DNA of 57,647 nt, the filler included, from Sphacelaria rigidula (lineage: Eukaryota), in NCBI GenBank assembly GCA_964200075.2. It is 7 parts of 7 records of this genome, joined end to end, with 100 filler letters (N's around TTAATTAATTAA, not from the genome) between each part and the next. Parts side by side here need not be neighbours in the genome. Positions count along the whole stretch, not along the records: positions 16,503 to 24,652 come from CAXNAA020012116.1; positions 24,753 to 32,901 come from CAXNAA020012117.1; positions 33,002 to 41,150 come from CAXNAA020012118.1; 4 more parts are not named here. One strand, given 5' to 3'. The notes below the pieces were generated by a model. That model saw only the letters and a list, made by a program, of their open reading frames with translations. It made no database searches and was not told the DNA's origin. The translations under genes and the position numbers were made by a program. Positions within the stretch are counted from its first letter, which is position 1, and each line of letters opens with the position of its first letter. Below, piece after piece: positions 22,460-36,329 of this stretch.

Positions 22460-23577
22460 CTACGAAGTTTCTTCCAACAATGTGGTGTGGACGTGGGATC
22501 CCACACGCAAAAAACAGGGCAAAATTAAAATCGATGATTATGAAAGACAAGGGAGTGTAAAATACGAAAATACCCACCGCTACCCGGCGATGAACAGATC
22601 ATTATCCCGCAAAACATCTTCCCGCTCAAGATAGTAATGAGGCATTTTTTCAAAAGGTGCGCGTATGTGGGGGGGGGGACGCGGGGGAAGCACTCATGAT
22701 CTTGCACATCGTAGTCATGAGACCATTGACCTCGCATCCCTACAAAGCCGGGACGGAGTACGCCGCGTGTTCGCCGGACCAGGCTCGCAGTCACCAAGCG
22801 CGAAGCACCGTGATGGGTTCTGCGAGTCTCACGAAGGATGAGATGCATCCTTCCAAGATTGTTCGGCCCGAAGCAAACTGATTATTTTGCACATGGATGA
22901 TAGCCTCGGATGAGTTACTTCATGTACTGGTGTCGCCACTTCCAGAGACAGCCACGACGGGTTACACGCAACCTCATGGGTGCCTCAGTATTTTAAAACT
23001 GCGTGATACGATCATCCCCTTTGCGCGGACTTGGGGTTTTTCACCCTGCACAACATAACCTAGCTCAATCACCATCATTGCCACCGCAAAACAATGCGGA
23101 GTGATGGAAACCGGAAACCTGGTTGCCTAGCTTACGCAGTGAGTGGCATGTTTTACAGCGGGGGGGGGGGTGAGGGGCGCCAAACACCAACGAAAAGGAG
23201 ACGGGTTCCACAGCAGGAGTTGTCATGTAGAGGACTCAACACCATTTTCACAGATGGAGTACAGAATATAAACAAAAGAGAGAGGTCGCGAGAACACCAC
23301 ATTTTAAACACGTATGTTTTATGTGAGTCAGTGTGTATGTATGTATATACGTATGCATGTATGTATGTATGTATGTATGAGTCCATCCATTCATTTATCT
23401 ACCGATCTATTTATGTACGTATTCAGAGCCTTTGCCCAATCACGGGTTATTCGACTCTTGAAGAAACAGAAACAAAACAAATTAAAACATCTACTTGCAC
23501 ACACTTGGAAAAGGGCAAGTGGTGATGATTGGTGACTGGATCATGACCAAAAACAAACTTGCTACTTCTCGTCGTAC

Positions 23578-23652
23578 CTTGCCCCTGCACACCGCGAGAA
23601 ACACCGCACCCCCCGTATTTTCGATCTTCGTGTCATACTCCTCCATAACAGC
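23578..23652 (-). CDS. Single 75-nt internal exon of a Rad3/XPD-family Fe-S helicase (RTEL1/FANCJ-like)
   Basis: Acceptor TTTTCGCTACAG and donor GTACGA, phase 0-0. Encodes AVMEEYDTKIENTGGAVFLAVCRGK, matching the AVCRGK(VSEGLDF) motif of the RTEL1/FANCJ C-terminal helicase domain. Confidence 0.8.
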
Positions 23653-24652
23653 CTGTAGCGAAAAGAGGTGGGGGGGGGGGGGGGGGGGGAGGGGGAAGAG
23701 GAGGTATGGGTGATACCAACACACGAGGTAGCTGCAGGCAAGTAGCCATGACATGAATGTTTTAGAAGTATCCTTGCGGGGTATGCTCCATTGCTGAACA
23801 AACAGCAGTGCAAGACTATAGGTGCGGTCTATCTCACCCAGGACAAAGGGCGTGCAAAGTTACAGCTTTTTACTCGGTGCAGGGCGTACGGGGCGCGTGG
23901 GATCCCGACTTAGACTTACGGTTGGTGAGCTTTGCAAGAGCTCAGGACAAAAGATAAATTGACAGACTGTGGGCGTTCGGTGTCAGCGCCTAGGTTTAGG
24001 AGCATGATCATAGCCCGGACTGGGGATCGGAGGATGGCAGTTGCGGGGTTGACAGAACCGAGATTACGGGTCCAGGTCATCAGTAAGCGGGTCGAGTCAA
24101 AAAAGGTGGAAATCAAAGTTACAGTAGCAGATACTGTGTATATTGGTACATATATACATATATACATATATGCCCCACCTATAAATTGGCATCACTATAG
24201 TATTGCTCGATCCCCAAACTTCGGGATGAAACGTTCCCTGAGATGGGCGGTGGCACGAGGAAAAACTCTTGAAAATCGCCGACCACGAAAAACTGACAAG
24301 AATGTCTTGAAGTATTTCAGCTGAAAAGTGCTATATATGCTTGTGCGGATTATTTTCGATTACTACCTGATACTTTCTGCCCATCACCATCCATCCATAT
24401 CCGTGGACATGCACGAAAGGATCAACACCGCTCGCCCTGACTTGCAGACAAGTAAGGCCAAGGCAAGGCGCACGTATCCCCACTGTATACTTGTTCCTGC
24501 CAAGTCCCTTTCCAAGAACGAGTTACGTGGAAGGTTTTATTTCCCCCCCATTCCCCCCCCGATGACTAGGGCAAGCAAAAAATGAGTAACCCCCCCCCCC
24601 CCCCCGTGGTGACGCACCAATGAGCCAGTGTATAATCCTTGGCTGTCTCTGG

Positions 24653-24752
24653 NNNNNNNNNNNNNNNNNNNNNNNNNNNNNNNNNNNNNNNNNNNNTTAA
24701 TTAATTAANNNNNNNNNNNNNNNNNNNNNNNNNNNNNNNNNNNNNNNNNNNN
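24653..24752. other. Artificial contig spacer
   Basis: N44-TTAATTAATTAA-N44. Confidence 0.98.
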
Positions 24753-25829
24753 TTCCCTGCAAAAGAGAAATGCCACTCCAAGCCCATATTTTGTATGAAC
24801 CCCATTTTCTAGGATCCACTGTTATATACCGATTTTCGTACGGAATCTAATGTGCGCCATACTTTGAGATAGATGACGAGTTAGGTGAAGGGGAAGGTAT
24901 CGGTCGTTTCCCCGTTCCCCAGGGAATGTCCACACCAAAAATAATTAATGCTGTTGCTAATGACGCTCAGGGTTTCATACAGGCTTGAGTATGGACGCTA
25001 TCTGCGTATGGTATAGGAATTACTAGACACGGCGTTCAATCAACGAGAAACAATTGAATCAAACTTTCGAGCGGACGAGAACCTTGCCCTTGAACGGACG
25101 GCTACCTCAATATGCGGGTCCCGGCCCAACTCGTCTGTGTCGATGAGATATTGCTTCGAGAGCTTGAACCTGTTTCCAGGCTGCACCACTCGCTCGTACA
25201 TACAAGTAGGACATGCCTACTAGCTATCGTTTAGAGAGCAGGGGATCCTGAAAGATGAGAAAGAGGTTCTTCTATGGGAACGAACTGGGGTCGAAATCGA
25301 ATACAACGTTGCAGCTGGTACCAGGTCAAACGTACGGTTCGAAGGCAGGTATGTTTGTACTAGCTGCAACATCATACGGGGGGCAGCGTGGACAATGTTT
25401 CGGACACGTAGCCCCCCCCCCTCCCCCCACCCTCCCGGAGGGCATTTTTTCGAAATTGTCATGATTTTTTCGATTTTGTTTTGTCAAGTTTGTCGCAAGG
25501 AATTGATCAATAAACACTGTTTTGATTTTTGTGTTAATTTTGTTACAAGAAAGTGATCAATACCCGCTGACAAAAACCGAAAAATCTGGTGGGCTTTGTG
25601 GGGTTCGTATATCTGCTTCTGCTCCTTGCCCGTTCTGTCCCGATGATCTCAGATGCCGGAGGGCATTTTTTCTACAAATAAAAGCATCCTGATGTTTTTT
25701 ATATTTTCTGTAAACTTTGTCGCAAGAAATTGATCAATGAACATTGACAAAATCCGAAACGTTTAGAGGGCGTTGCGGGTTGTATGTTTGCTTCTGCTCC
25801 TTTACATATTTATATTATATAATATATAT

Positions 25830-26383
25830 TGTGAGGAAGGCGTATCGCTAGAGTAGTCTGAGACCTACGGGGGGGAGACTGCCGTCCTGATGCCGAAGGA
25901 TCTCCGAGGCTGGCGATGATTTCCTCTTGTATATGTAGGCAAGAAGTGGGGTCAGACTAGGAGAGTGGTTGCCGTGGGCGACCAGTTCCTCGGGGGATGT
26001 TGGACCGTCCTAATATTAGACCCTTCCTAGCATCACCCCGAGTTGTCTCATTATGTTGGCATTACAGGGTCCTCGGTGATCTGGTCCGTCCGGAACGTTC
26101 CTACCTTGTCTCTGCTTGCGCTGCGTCTGCATACATGTGTGGCATCAGTCTCTGATATGTCACTGCAAAGAGATATCCTCCACATATTCCCCCCTTTATG
26201 CGTCTCGAGCCCATCGAGGCTATGACTGGTGGGACGAGGCGATCTTCAGCTTCGCTGATGATATAATCATGGAGGTTTCCTTGAGTGACAATCATTGATT
26301 GAGTCACGCCACCACTAATCGCAAGGGTAGCCCTTGTCTATACTGTGGTATTGAGTAAACACCCCCAGTGAAGTTTAACTACA
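25830..26383 (+). mobile_element. Candidate 5' LTR (TG...CA, 554 bp) next to an AT-rich tract
   Basis: Starts TGTGAGG and ends ACTACA, followed by TT-TGGTCAGTAAC (PBS-like). No matching second LTR in the contig. Confidence 0.4.
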
Positions 26384-26499
26384 TTTGGTCAGTAACAGTG
26401 CATGTATTCCAAACCCTCTATTTTTTTTCTCTGTCATATAGCTGTCATGTGTGACATGTTTCCATCAGATATATTTGCACTTGGATGCTAATTGCATCT

Positions 26500-27250
26500 G
26501 CTGGTATGCATGACTGGGCACTGGGACACTGATCGGTCCACGGGCGCCTGGGTTATTCCTGCCCGGGTTCTGGGATGCCTTCGGTTCCGCGGACACCTGA
26601 GTAGGGTCAAGTCTCGGGTTAGTAACAAGGCGGTGTTCAAGATACATATATGTTTGTTTGTTGTTTCACCCGGGAGTATTGTGCTCTTTTGACTATACAC
26701 CGTCGAAATGATCTTTGCTTCTTGTATTGTGTCAAATAGATGCATCATGAGTGACACATTTTTATGGGATGTTTTTGCACTTTGATGCAGGCTGCATCAG
26801 TTAGGTATACCTGACTAGGCACTGGGACACGGACCCGGTCCACGGGCGCTTGAGGTATTTCCGCCCGGGTTCTGGGATACCTTCGGTTCCACTGACACCG
26901 GCGTATAGGACAAAGTCCTCGCGTTAGTACCAAAGCGTTGGGTCTGATGTTTATTTTGCGAGCATTGTGCTCTTTGGTGAAACATCGACATGTTGTTTGC
27001 TTCGTATCATTTTGCGGCATATACGTGTGTCCCATGTGATAATCCACAGGACGCGTTGCACTTTGGTGCTGGATGCATCTGCTGTTTCTACATGTTTGGG
27101 CGCGGGGACACTGGTCGGTCCACGGGCGCCTGGGTTTTTCATGTCCGGGTTCTGGGATACCTTCGGTTCCACTGACACCGAAATAGTACAACGTCTTCGT
27201 GTTAGTAACAAAACGGTGAATACGATGTTTTCGGCCTGTGAGCATTGTGC
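26500..27250 (+). repeat. Three diverged ~300-bp tandem units (possible retroelement leader repeats)
   Basis: CGGTCCACGGGCGC...CCGGGTTCTGGGATrCCTTCGGTTCC occurs at about 26535, 26835 and 27117. Confidence 0.8.
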
Positions 27251-30200
27251 TTTTTTGTCTAAACATCGTCAAAATGATCAGCACAACCCCTATTGCTGAG
27301 AAGCTATCTTCCTTGGGAAGTTGCACTCCGGTCATCGTTGATATGTCAGATATGTTTCCGTCCATGTCTTCATAGTTCTAACGTTTTTTCGTTTTCTTCT
27401 CTTGTGACTCTCCTTCATCTCCGAGTTGTGACTCCGGGCTATTGCTCAACCCTTGAGCGTGTTGCTAGGACGCTCGAACAGTCTGTTGAACAGTCACATC
27501 CGTTTCCGTTACCCGGTATTTTTGGGTTTCGACTCCGGATGTGAGCGCGTTGCTAACCCGTTGTCATGACGGTATATATCGAGGAGGTGTCTACCTTGTG
27601 TTGTTTCGTCAGCTCGATAGCTTAGGTCGGCTGTTGGGCTGTAGCTTTCAAGTCTCATTCATCTCCGAATTTTAATCTCAGCTTACTGCTCAACCTTTGA
27701 GCGTTTTTCCAGGACGCTCGAACACTCTGTTAAACAGTCACATCCGTTTCCGTTTCCCTGTAGTTTTGGATACCGAGTCTGGATGTGAGCATTCAGCTAA
27801 CCCCTTGTTAAAGTCCGGTGTTGAGCAATGCTATGGTAGGTCAGGTCAGCCGCTGGGCCGTAGCCCTGGAATCTCAACAGATATTGATAGTTGTAACGAC
27901 TTCTTCGACCTGGGCCTGGCGCGTGACCTACCACTTTTTCGACATCGTAACGTTTTATTGTAGACGATATTTCGTGTGGTTGGTCTCTCTGGTAGAGGTA
28001 TTTGTTTGCCTAGAAGCACCTCGCTCGATTTATCGATATCTGATGCCGGTGGTGTTTCCCACGGGGGAAATTTCTTCAAGTGAGCGACATATACTGTTTG
28101 ATCTTGTTTTCTTGCTCGTTCGCTCTTCTCGTAGGACTTGTCTCGCAAGTTCAAATCCAGATTATAGGTTTTCCCGTGTTTCCTTGGAAAATTCTTCGGG
28201 TGTTGTTGCTTAGATCTTTATTTGAAACGCAGCTTTCCCGGGATACCAAATGTAGTAAAGACTCTGTCAAAAAGAGTTTTTGGTGAGGTGGTCCACTACG
28301 GACAGTACATATCGATCTAGCACTCCAGCGTTTTACATCGAATTCGTTTCGCGTTCGACTAGGTTTGCCGGCACTCTTTCGTCTAGCCGTCTCACCGGAA
28401 CGTGTCCCATCGGAACATTCTGGCCGGTTGACTGACAGCTCTCGGTCGCTTTGCACTGGCTTCAAACAGTCTAGCTTCTTAGTTGATATTTGACGGTGAT
28501 CTGCGGCTCAGCGATTTGCAGCACGCATGGTCTTTTGGCACGTTACCACATAGTTGTAGTAGCGCAAACAGTCGTGAGGGTGTCCGGAGTAACATATAGT
28601 TTCTCCGGCTTTTTGTCTCTTATCATAACATATAGTTTTTCCGGGGTTTACATGTGGGCTCGACAGGTTGGTAAGTTGTACCATTTCTGTTTTTTGTTCG
28701 TCACCTACTAGGTGCCTGCTGTCCTTGAAAGGTTGATGCGCGTGAATGTTTGAGGTACATCCGGCGATCGAGTGTCCTCCTCGGTTATTATGCGTGGCTG
28801 CACGACAGTTATTGTTGTTCACAGGGCATTTCCTGTTTCAACTCATGCTGCCATTCTGTGCCGGAACCTTCGAATCTTTTATTCCGCGTTTCTGAGATCG
28901 GTGGGTCCTGGCGGTACTGGCTTCATATCAGCTGCCATGATGACCAAATGTTCATCGATGAACTTCTGCTGATACCCTGTACATCCCGCTGCGAAATCGA
29001 TTGTGATTTTTTCCAGCGAGGGTACCGTTTACTCTGGCTGCGATTCTACCGCGGCTGATGCCCAGGATAGCGCCAGGGGCTCATCTGTATACCTGGCAAG
29101 CGGTGATATATTGTGTGAGCCATAACAGTGATCGTCCAAGATCGGGTTGAAAAAAAGGAAGACTGGTGATTCGATGTGGAATCGACAGCCCCTGCTTACA
29201 ACGGGATGTAACGTTACCGATCCCTTGGGGTACGGCGCAGAATGTAACATACTTGAGAGCCTGAACAAGTTAAGTTACATGATTGATTATGGTCTTTCGT
29301 GCGATGTATTGTTTTTCCCACAGCTGATTTGAAGGCTGCTTAGGGACCAACTCTCATCGTGCTCTTTCCAGCTTCTGCTCTTCGTATGTATTTCCACACC
29401 ACAACTAAGGGCTGTTTTGGTGCCCTTCTGGAGGAGTGAGTTGTTGTACTGACCGAGAAACCTGCATTCCTCCTATATGATTTCTTCATAAGACGGTTGA
29501 GACTTCGTGTATTTCATGCGAGATGAGGTGTGGGATCCTGAACTTGTCTGTACTTTTCAACCTCTCTCAGCTTGTGAGGTGGAATGCGGTACGACCATCC
29601 GATACACCTCTTTTTTTCGTTCGCTAACTGGTAGGGGATGACAAGGGCGTGCATTCGCAGGTTGGGTAACTCGTGCGTTGACTGCACTGGCACAAACACC
29701 ACGCCCGTACATTACTCGAGGGGCCCCTGGTGCTGTACTCCTTCCCTCTTCACTACCACGGTGCCGTGCACTCGGTGACGGGTGCTTTGACCTGGCCATC
29801 TAGAAACCTTGGAACCTGTCGAAAACGTTTCATGGGGTTCAATGAGGGCACACGATATGAGTAAAGCCCTCTTTCGACGAAATTCTGAACATGATCGTGA
29901 ATTCTGCGACATCTCGGTTTTCATAAGAGTTCGGCAAAGAATAGGCGCGAGGATATGACGGTTGTTGTCTGCTGAAGTACTGCTGTAGCTTGTGCAGCAG
30001 GAAATAAACACCGCGGCACCACAAGCAACCTGGAGTTAAACCTGCGGTGTAAGTAGGCGTGTTTATGAAAGCTCTTTGCAGCAACTCTCGTGTTCGTGTA
30101 TCAAGTTTGCCGAACTTGTCCGGACGGTGTTCTGGTGGTTCAAAAATAAAAAGTTAGCGTCATCATTTCATGCCCATGTCCAGGCTGAGTTATAGTAGGT

Positions 30201-31029
30201 TAAAGCAAGTAGTGGTTATCTTCGTCATTTCTTTTCCATGTCCTGGTTGTATTCCGGTAAGTTAAAAAAGAAAGTGGATAGCTTCGTTGATTCATGTTGA
30301 TGTCCGGGCTGTGGTAGGGTAGGCTAAAGAAGAGAGTGCTTAGCTTCGTTATTCCATGTCTGCGTCCGGACTGTGTTACGGTATGTTGAAGAAAAAGGGG
30401 AGGTTTGTTCAGAAAGAAGCAAACCGTCGTTTATTGTAAACATCGACTTTGCCAAAGGGGCGTCGATTAGTTCAGTCGCTCTTTTAGGGTCATGGAGGAG
30501 CAGTCAAATAGTCAGCTTCCTTTTCATTATTTCAGTCGCTTTTCGAGGGTCACGGAGGAACAGTTGAATAGTCAGCCCCAAGCGTTCACTTTGCGGGAAA
30601 GTCCACGGATAGTCTAGTCAAAACATGGAGACGTATAATCAGCGTAGGTTGGAGACACAAAAGGTGGACAGAGAGAGCATAGAAGGAGTTGGGCCAGTTC
30701 GACATGAGCCAACAAGTCTTATCGAGTAGGTGCGCCTTTTGATCGATTAGGTGCGCAGGCCAACAAGTTTTATCGATTAGGTGTGAAGGAGGCGGGGCTG
30801 CGCAGGGGGACCAACTTCCGGGCGTGGCGCGAGGGCATCTACGCGCCTGAAAAGGCGGAAGGCGGCGGGGCTGCGTAGTGGGCAGCTTCCTGGCGTGGTG
30901 CTATCACATATACCGGTGTGTCTGGTCCCCGTTGTATATCTGTACGCACTGTGAAACAGGCTGCCAGCTATCGGGAAGCAGCTACTGTCGAAAGTAAAGT
31001 GGCACGGTTTTCTGGCTCCATCGCAGCCA

Positions 31030-32473
31030 TCTGTGTATTGCCGTCCAGATCATCCCGAGCTGTGGAGTTGTGCTGGCTCAATCGCACACGTTTGTGCATT
31101 GCCAATCCCGGATCATCCTGGAGCTGTCGAGTTTGTTCGAAGTGCAGAAAACCTACTCTCATGTTAAATGTTTTCTGACTCACTCACACATAGGTGTGTG
31201 TATTGCCGCTCTGGGCCATCCCGGAGTTGTCGAGTTTTATCGAAGTGCAGAAACTCATCGTGCTGAACCAACCTCTTCAGGACATCCGAGAAGTTGCCGT
31301 CTGGTCAAATAGCGTGTTACACATACTTTTCTCGAGTTTGTTGCACATACGGTTCGCGACCCGGGCTGCCGAAAATGTTCTCGGGTTGCAGCAAAAAATG
31401 AGTTCCAAACATTGCAGCAGGCTTCTGACTCAATTACGCTGTGTGATTGCCGTTTCGATTTCTTATCGAAACTATCGAGTAGTCTTCGAAGGGCAGAAGT
31501 CTGCGTAAAGAAATGCCTATGCTGAACCAACCTCTCAGGGAAATTCACAGGAGGTTGCCGTCTGGTCAGTTAGCGTTGCACACGTCAATAGCGTGTCTGC
31601 ACATACTCTACTCGACCCGGGCTGCCGATTTCGGGTTGCAGCAATACAATGAGCCCCAACACATTTCGACCGGTTTCTGAGTCAATTGCACGTGTGGTTG
31701 CCGTTACGATTACCTATCGGAGCTGTCGAGTCGTCTTCGAAGTGCAGAAGCCTGTGTAGCGAAAACAAAAATATGCTGAACCATTCTCTCGCGGAATTTC
31801 GTGGGAGGTTGCTGTCTGGTCAGCAGCGTTGCACATATGCACGCTCCTTGACCGGGCTGTCGGGAATTTCCGAGTTGCAGCAAACAAAAAGGCCCATAAT
31901 TCGACAGGCTTCTGGCTCGATTGTCATGTGCAATTGCCGTTTCGATTGTATATCGGAACTGTCGAGTTATCTTCGAAGTGCAGAAGTCTGCGGGCCAAAT
32001 GCCTATGCTGAATCAACCTCCTACGGAAATCCACGGGAGTTTGCCGTCTGGTCAATTAGCGGATGGTGCAAACGATTCTTGATTCAGAGTGCCGAAATAC
32101 TTCGGCAGGCAGCATATATATATATATATTAGTTAAAACTTTGAATCAATCGCACCCAGAGGTGGTCGCCGTTGCGATTGTAGTGCAACTGTCGAGTTCT
32201 GGTTTTCTTACAAATACAGAAGCCTACGAACGCCGCTGAATCAACATCTTACGATGTTGCCGTTTCATCCCGGATGTTCGAGTACTTACCGGCGCTGTCA
32301 GTCGTCTTCGAAGTGCAGAAACCGGTGTTCAAAAGAAAAAGAATGCTGGACCAAATCTCTCACGGAAATCCACGAGAGGCTGCCGTCTGGTCAGTAGCGG
32401 TGCAGGTGTGTACGCTCCGTGGCTCGGGCTGTCGAAAACTTTTCGAGTTGCAGCAAACAATATGTTCAATGCA

Positions 32474-32508
<35 letters not shown>

Positions 32509-32760
32509 CAGCACGTTTTTTGCCTCACCTGCCCTGTGTACTAGCCGTTTCGATTGCATATCGATCCCCCGGATATCCACGGGGGGTTGCCCTCTTGTCA
32601 ATGAGCGGATGGTCAAGACGCTTCTTGATCCAGAGTGCCGAAAGATTTCGGGAAGCAGCCAAATAAATATCAGTCGAAACGTTGACTGTCTGTGGAAACG
32701 GTCGAGTATAATTTTCTTCGACGTACAAGAGCCTACGTACGCCGCTAAATCAACATCAAA
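31030..32760 (+). repeat. Degenerate satellite-like array (units of about 100-250 bp)
   Basis: Recurrent CTGTCGAGT...TTCGAAGTGCAGAA...TGCTGAACCAACCTC...GTTGCCGTCTGGTCA blocks. Confidence 0.8.
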
Positions 32761-32901
32761 CAGCCTGGGTTCGTTATTGAGGTTCAACATTTTGTTTGAG
32801 TTTCAACTCGAAAACAGTGCTTTTCCTGACCTAAAGTCATGACCAATGAATTTCACATGGACGACCTCATGCCCCCCGACCTCCTTAAAACTATTCCGGG
32901 G

Positions 32902-33001
32902 NNNNNNNNNNNNNNNNNNNNNNNNNNNNNNNNNNNNNNNNNNNNTTAATTAATTAANNNNNNNNNNNNNNNNNNNNNNNNNNNNNNNNNNNNNNNNNNN
33001 N
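32902..33001. other. Artificial contig spacer
   Basis: N44-TTAATTAATTAA-N44. Confidence 0.98.
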
Positions 33002-33327
33002 CCGAAAAGAGTTACCCGACTGCCGGTACCGGTTCTCTGTAAGCCTCCCGTACCGTACCCGACAAGTTCTGTAAAGTCTGTAAGACTTCCAAACCGGTAC
33101 CCGACAGTTCTGGACTGTACGGAATCTCATACCCTACAGAACATACCCGTACCTTACAGAACACAACCTTGGAAAAATCCTTGTCAAGCCATGTCACATC
33201 AGCTTCCGTCATGAACTTCTCAGTGTCCACTCCGGAGGTTCAATAGCTCTCACGTGAATTTTGTTTTTTTCCGAAACTCTCCAATACGAGCTGGTTTAGA
33301 TTGAACGCCCAAATTTCATCCCCCGGG

Positions 33328-33607
33328 ATTTCCTCACGCCGTTTTTTCGAGTTAGACCACAAAACTTTGCACACATGTTTTTGAGGGCACAATCTGAAAC
33401 TCGAAGACCGTTTTTATCATTTCTTTTGTTGGTGTCGAGATATTCGGGATCTGACCCCTCCCCCGGAAGTAGGTCAACCGCGACCTTGGATAAAAAGCCA
33501 CCAACAAAACAAAATAAAAAAAAACGGTCTTCGAGTTTTAGATAGTGCCCTTCAGAACATTTGTGCAAACTTTCGTGGTCTAACTCGAAAAAACGGCGTG
33601 AGGGAAT
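33328..33607. mobile_element. Foldback/MITE-like element with ~105-bp inverted arms
   Basis: CTCACGCCGTTTTTTCGAGTTAGACCAC...TTTTGTTGGTG is mirrored by CACCAACAAAA...GTGGTCTAACTCGAAAAAACGGCGTGAG. Confidence 0.8.
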
Positions 33608-36329
33608 GCCAAAACGCGCCCTGAAGTATCAAAAAGTCTGTAATTACTTGATTTAAGTAAAGAATCGCTCTTGTTAAGGGTTGTTTTTACGGTAAACGAC
33701 CCAGCGGATTCAGGTTTTCGAGTTGAGCAACAAAAATTGATACACATGTTTCTTGGGACACCACCTGACCCTGAGATGTCAAATTTTGGTGTTGGGGCAG
33801 TCTGTACCAGTTTCCTGGGGTCTTTATGCTGGGACCCCCGGAAGCCGGTAGAGAACGGAGAAACTTTGAAATCTTGCCAAGAATATACTTTTGAAGGATC
33901 AATACCTACGGAACTGCCAAGTTTGAGGATGATCTGAGCTTTTCTCCAACAGATAAAAGGGAAATCGTCTCGAGGTTCCGTGGGTCTTTCGTACTTATCA
34001 TGAGTGGAAATTATACAACGCCGAAGCTCCGTATCACCGAAACATCACGGTTTCGGGCAAAATTGGACCCCGTTGGAACCCTTTTCAAATCTGTTTTTCC
34101 CGCTAGATTCCCAGGCTGATGACGGTTACTGCGATCTGAACCATGTGGACATTCGGTGGAAATTGAGCTTGGAATTCGTGTTTTCAATTTCGGAACAGTT
34201 TGAAAGGCGCTGATTGGCCGAGACATATTTTTGTCCATCGCGCCACCGCTATAGCCTTGAACAAAAATCCGGGTATGTCACCCTTTTCGTGTGTTCATTG
34301 CGGTCCGCATGATACCACATTTGTGCATATTGGCTGGGTATTGCGTTCGTCATTGGCCAGGGAATAAATTTTGGGTATTCTATCTGAACCAGCTTGTATG
34401 AGAATTTATAATAACTTAGGGTTAGGTAACATTCGAAGGGACGTTACTTTTCGTCAGTATATGAGTTCGAAGGTGGCAGCTGCCATCCTTCCCGTGGTCG
34501 AAAAATCCGGTATGCTTTCTCTGTGCCATACGTAAACTCTGCTACGTTCACATGTGCCCTTAACCGTGCCCGATGTCTGAGGCGATACTGTCATTGAAAT
34601 GTTCGACGGTTTTCACTTCATTTGTTTTTAAACGTTTGCGCATGATCCTGCATGGGCCAACGGCCGAAACAAATTAGTCGGCCCAAAAATGCCAGTATTT
34701 CGCCCCTATTACGGGAGGAAATGGAAAAGGAAAACGTTTGCCGTCCTCGCCATCACTGGAACTTGATGCTTTCAGTAGACAGTTGCAATCTATAGTGAAG
34801 ACTCCCTGATTGTATTTTACCACGTTTTCCAACGTTCCTGACCTCTGCCGCACCGATACCCTGAAATTCCCTAAATATTGCGAAGACTTCCCAAGCATCG
34901 ACCCTTTTGTTTCCAGTTATCACCAACATTTTATTTCGATAGGCATTTCCTTGATTTCATCTTTCAAGCAAACCTAACTGTAGCATCGTGAGCACCTCGG
35001 CTGGGGCACTACGATCTGCACCCCGTTGGAATTTTTCACACTCTGTACAATGGACACGATAACAGTCCATTGTTTCAAGAGTAGAAGCGGGGGGGAGCCT
35101 ATCTATTAACATTGTCGAACACAAAAGATGGTGAAACATATATTGATGTGTATTACGGGGGACAGTAGATGTCGCAAGTGTCGATCAATATCTACGGCAA
35201 TTACAATAGATTCAGATTACTGGCCATCGATTGACATCGTATACCGCAACAGACCCTGGGATGTATGTGTCGACCCATTACTGTGATCACTAGATTTGGT
35301 GAGCTATCTATCGATAATCATTGCCGTCATGAATAGATTGGGTGAGGAATCTGTTTTTAGCCATTGTCGTCATGGATTTGGTGAGCCGACTATCGATAGT
35401 CTTCACCGTCATCAATACATTTGGTGGAATAATCTATCGATAGCCTTTGCCGCAACAATGGATTTGGGGGTATCTATGTAAGGTCATTGCCGTCTACACT
35501 GAATTGTTGTAGTGAGCATCTATCGATCGCCGATGACGCCAACGATAAGCTTTAATAAATATATTGCCCACGGCAGTGGTCTTATGGCACCAACGGCAAT
35601 ACCCCTCACACATGAGCACGCAACTACCTGAGGCGATAGCTGGCCATAGCGTCTGTGGAATGAGGTGAGAGACATCCACCATTAAATGTGCATGAACAGC
35701 TATTGATCGACACCATTCAGCTCGTGTTTTGGCCTGCAATATATTTCGGTGGTCGCAACTCAGGTCGCATTGCGACCAGCGATAGACATGCTTGAACACG
35801 ATTCAGATTCTATCGTGATCAGCAATAGAAATTGGTGGACGCAACTTAGATCCTATTGTCACCAGGAATATGAAATTGGGCGGCCGCGTCACAGATCCTA
35901 CTGTGATTAGGAAAAATACATCGGTTGCTGCAATTCAGAGCCTGTAGCATCAAATAATGTATTTAGATAGACAAATTGCCACCCCTTTGTCACGGCAACG
36001 ATGTGTTCTGTCTCTTGTCCCGAACCTATTGTTGCCTGTAATAGCTATGGAAAGACAGTGATGCCGACTATGGCTGACAATGAACAATGACAGTCGAAAC
36101 TTCGGAGCTATTGTAGCGGCAATGTTCCATCACACAGTCTACTACCCAGGGTATAAGCTCGTCGCACCCAAACACAGAAGTACTCCAAGCACTCTTGTCA
36201 TCAGAGGGAGAGCCCTGCATACCAACACCACACCAACAACACAGCGTTTGAACTTTTCGCGGTTCGGACGAAAATAATCGTTCACTCGACTCAAGTTTAG
36301 ATCTGTACATGTTTTGGGTTCGTGATTCG

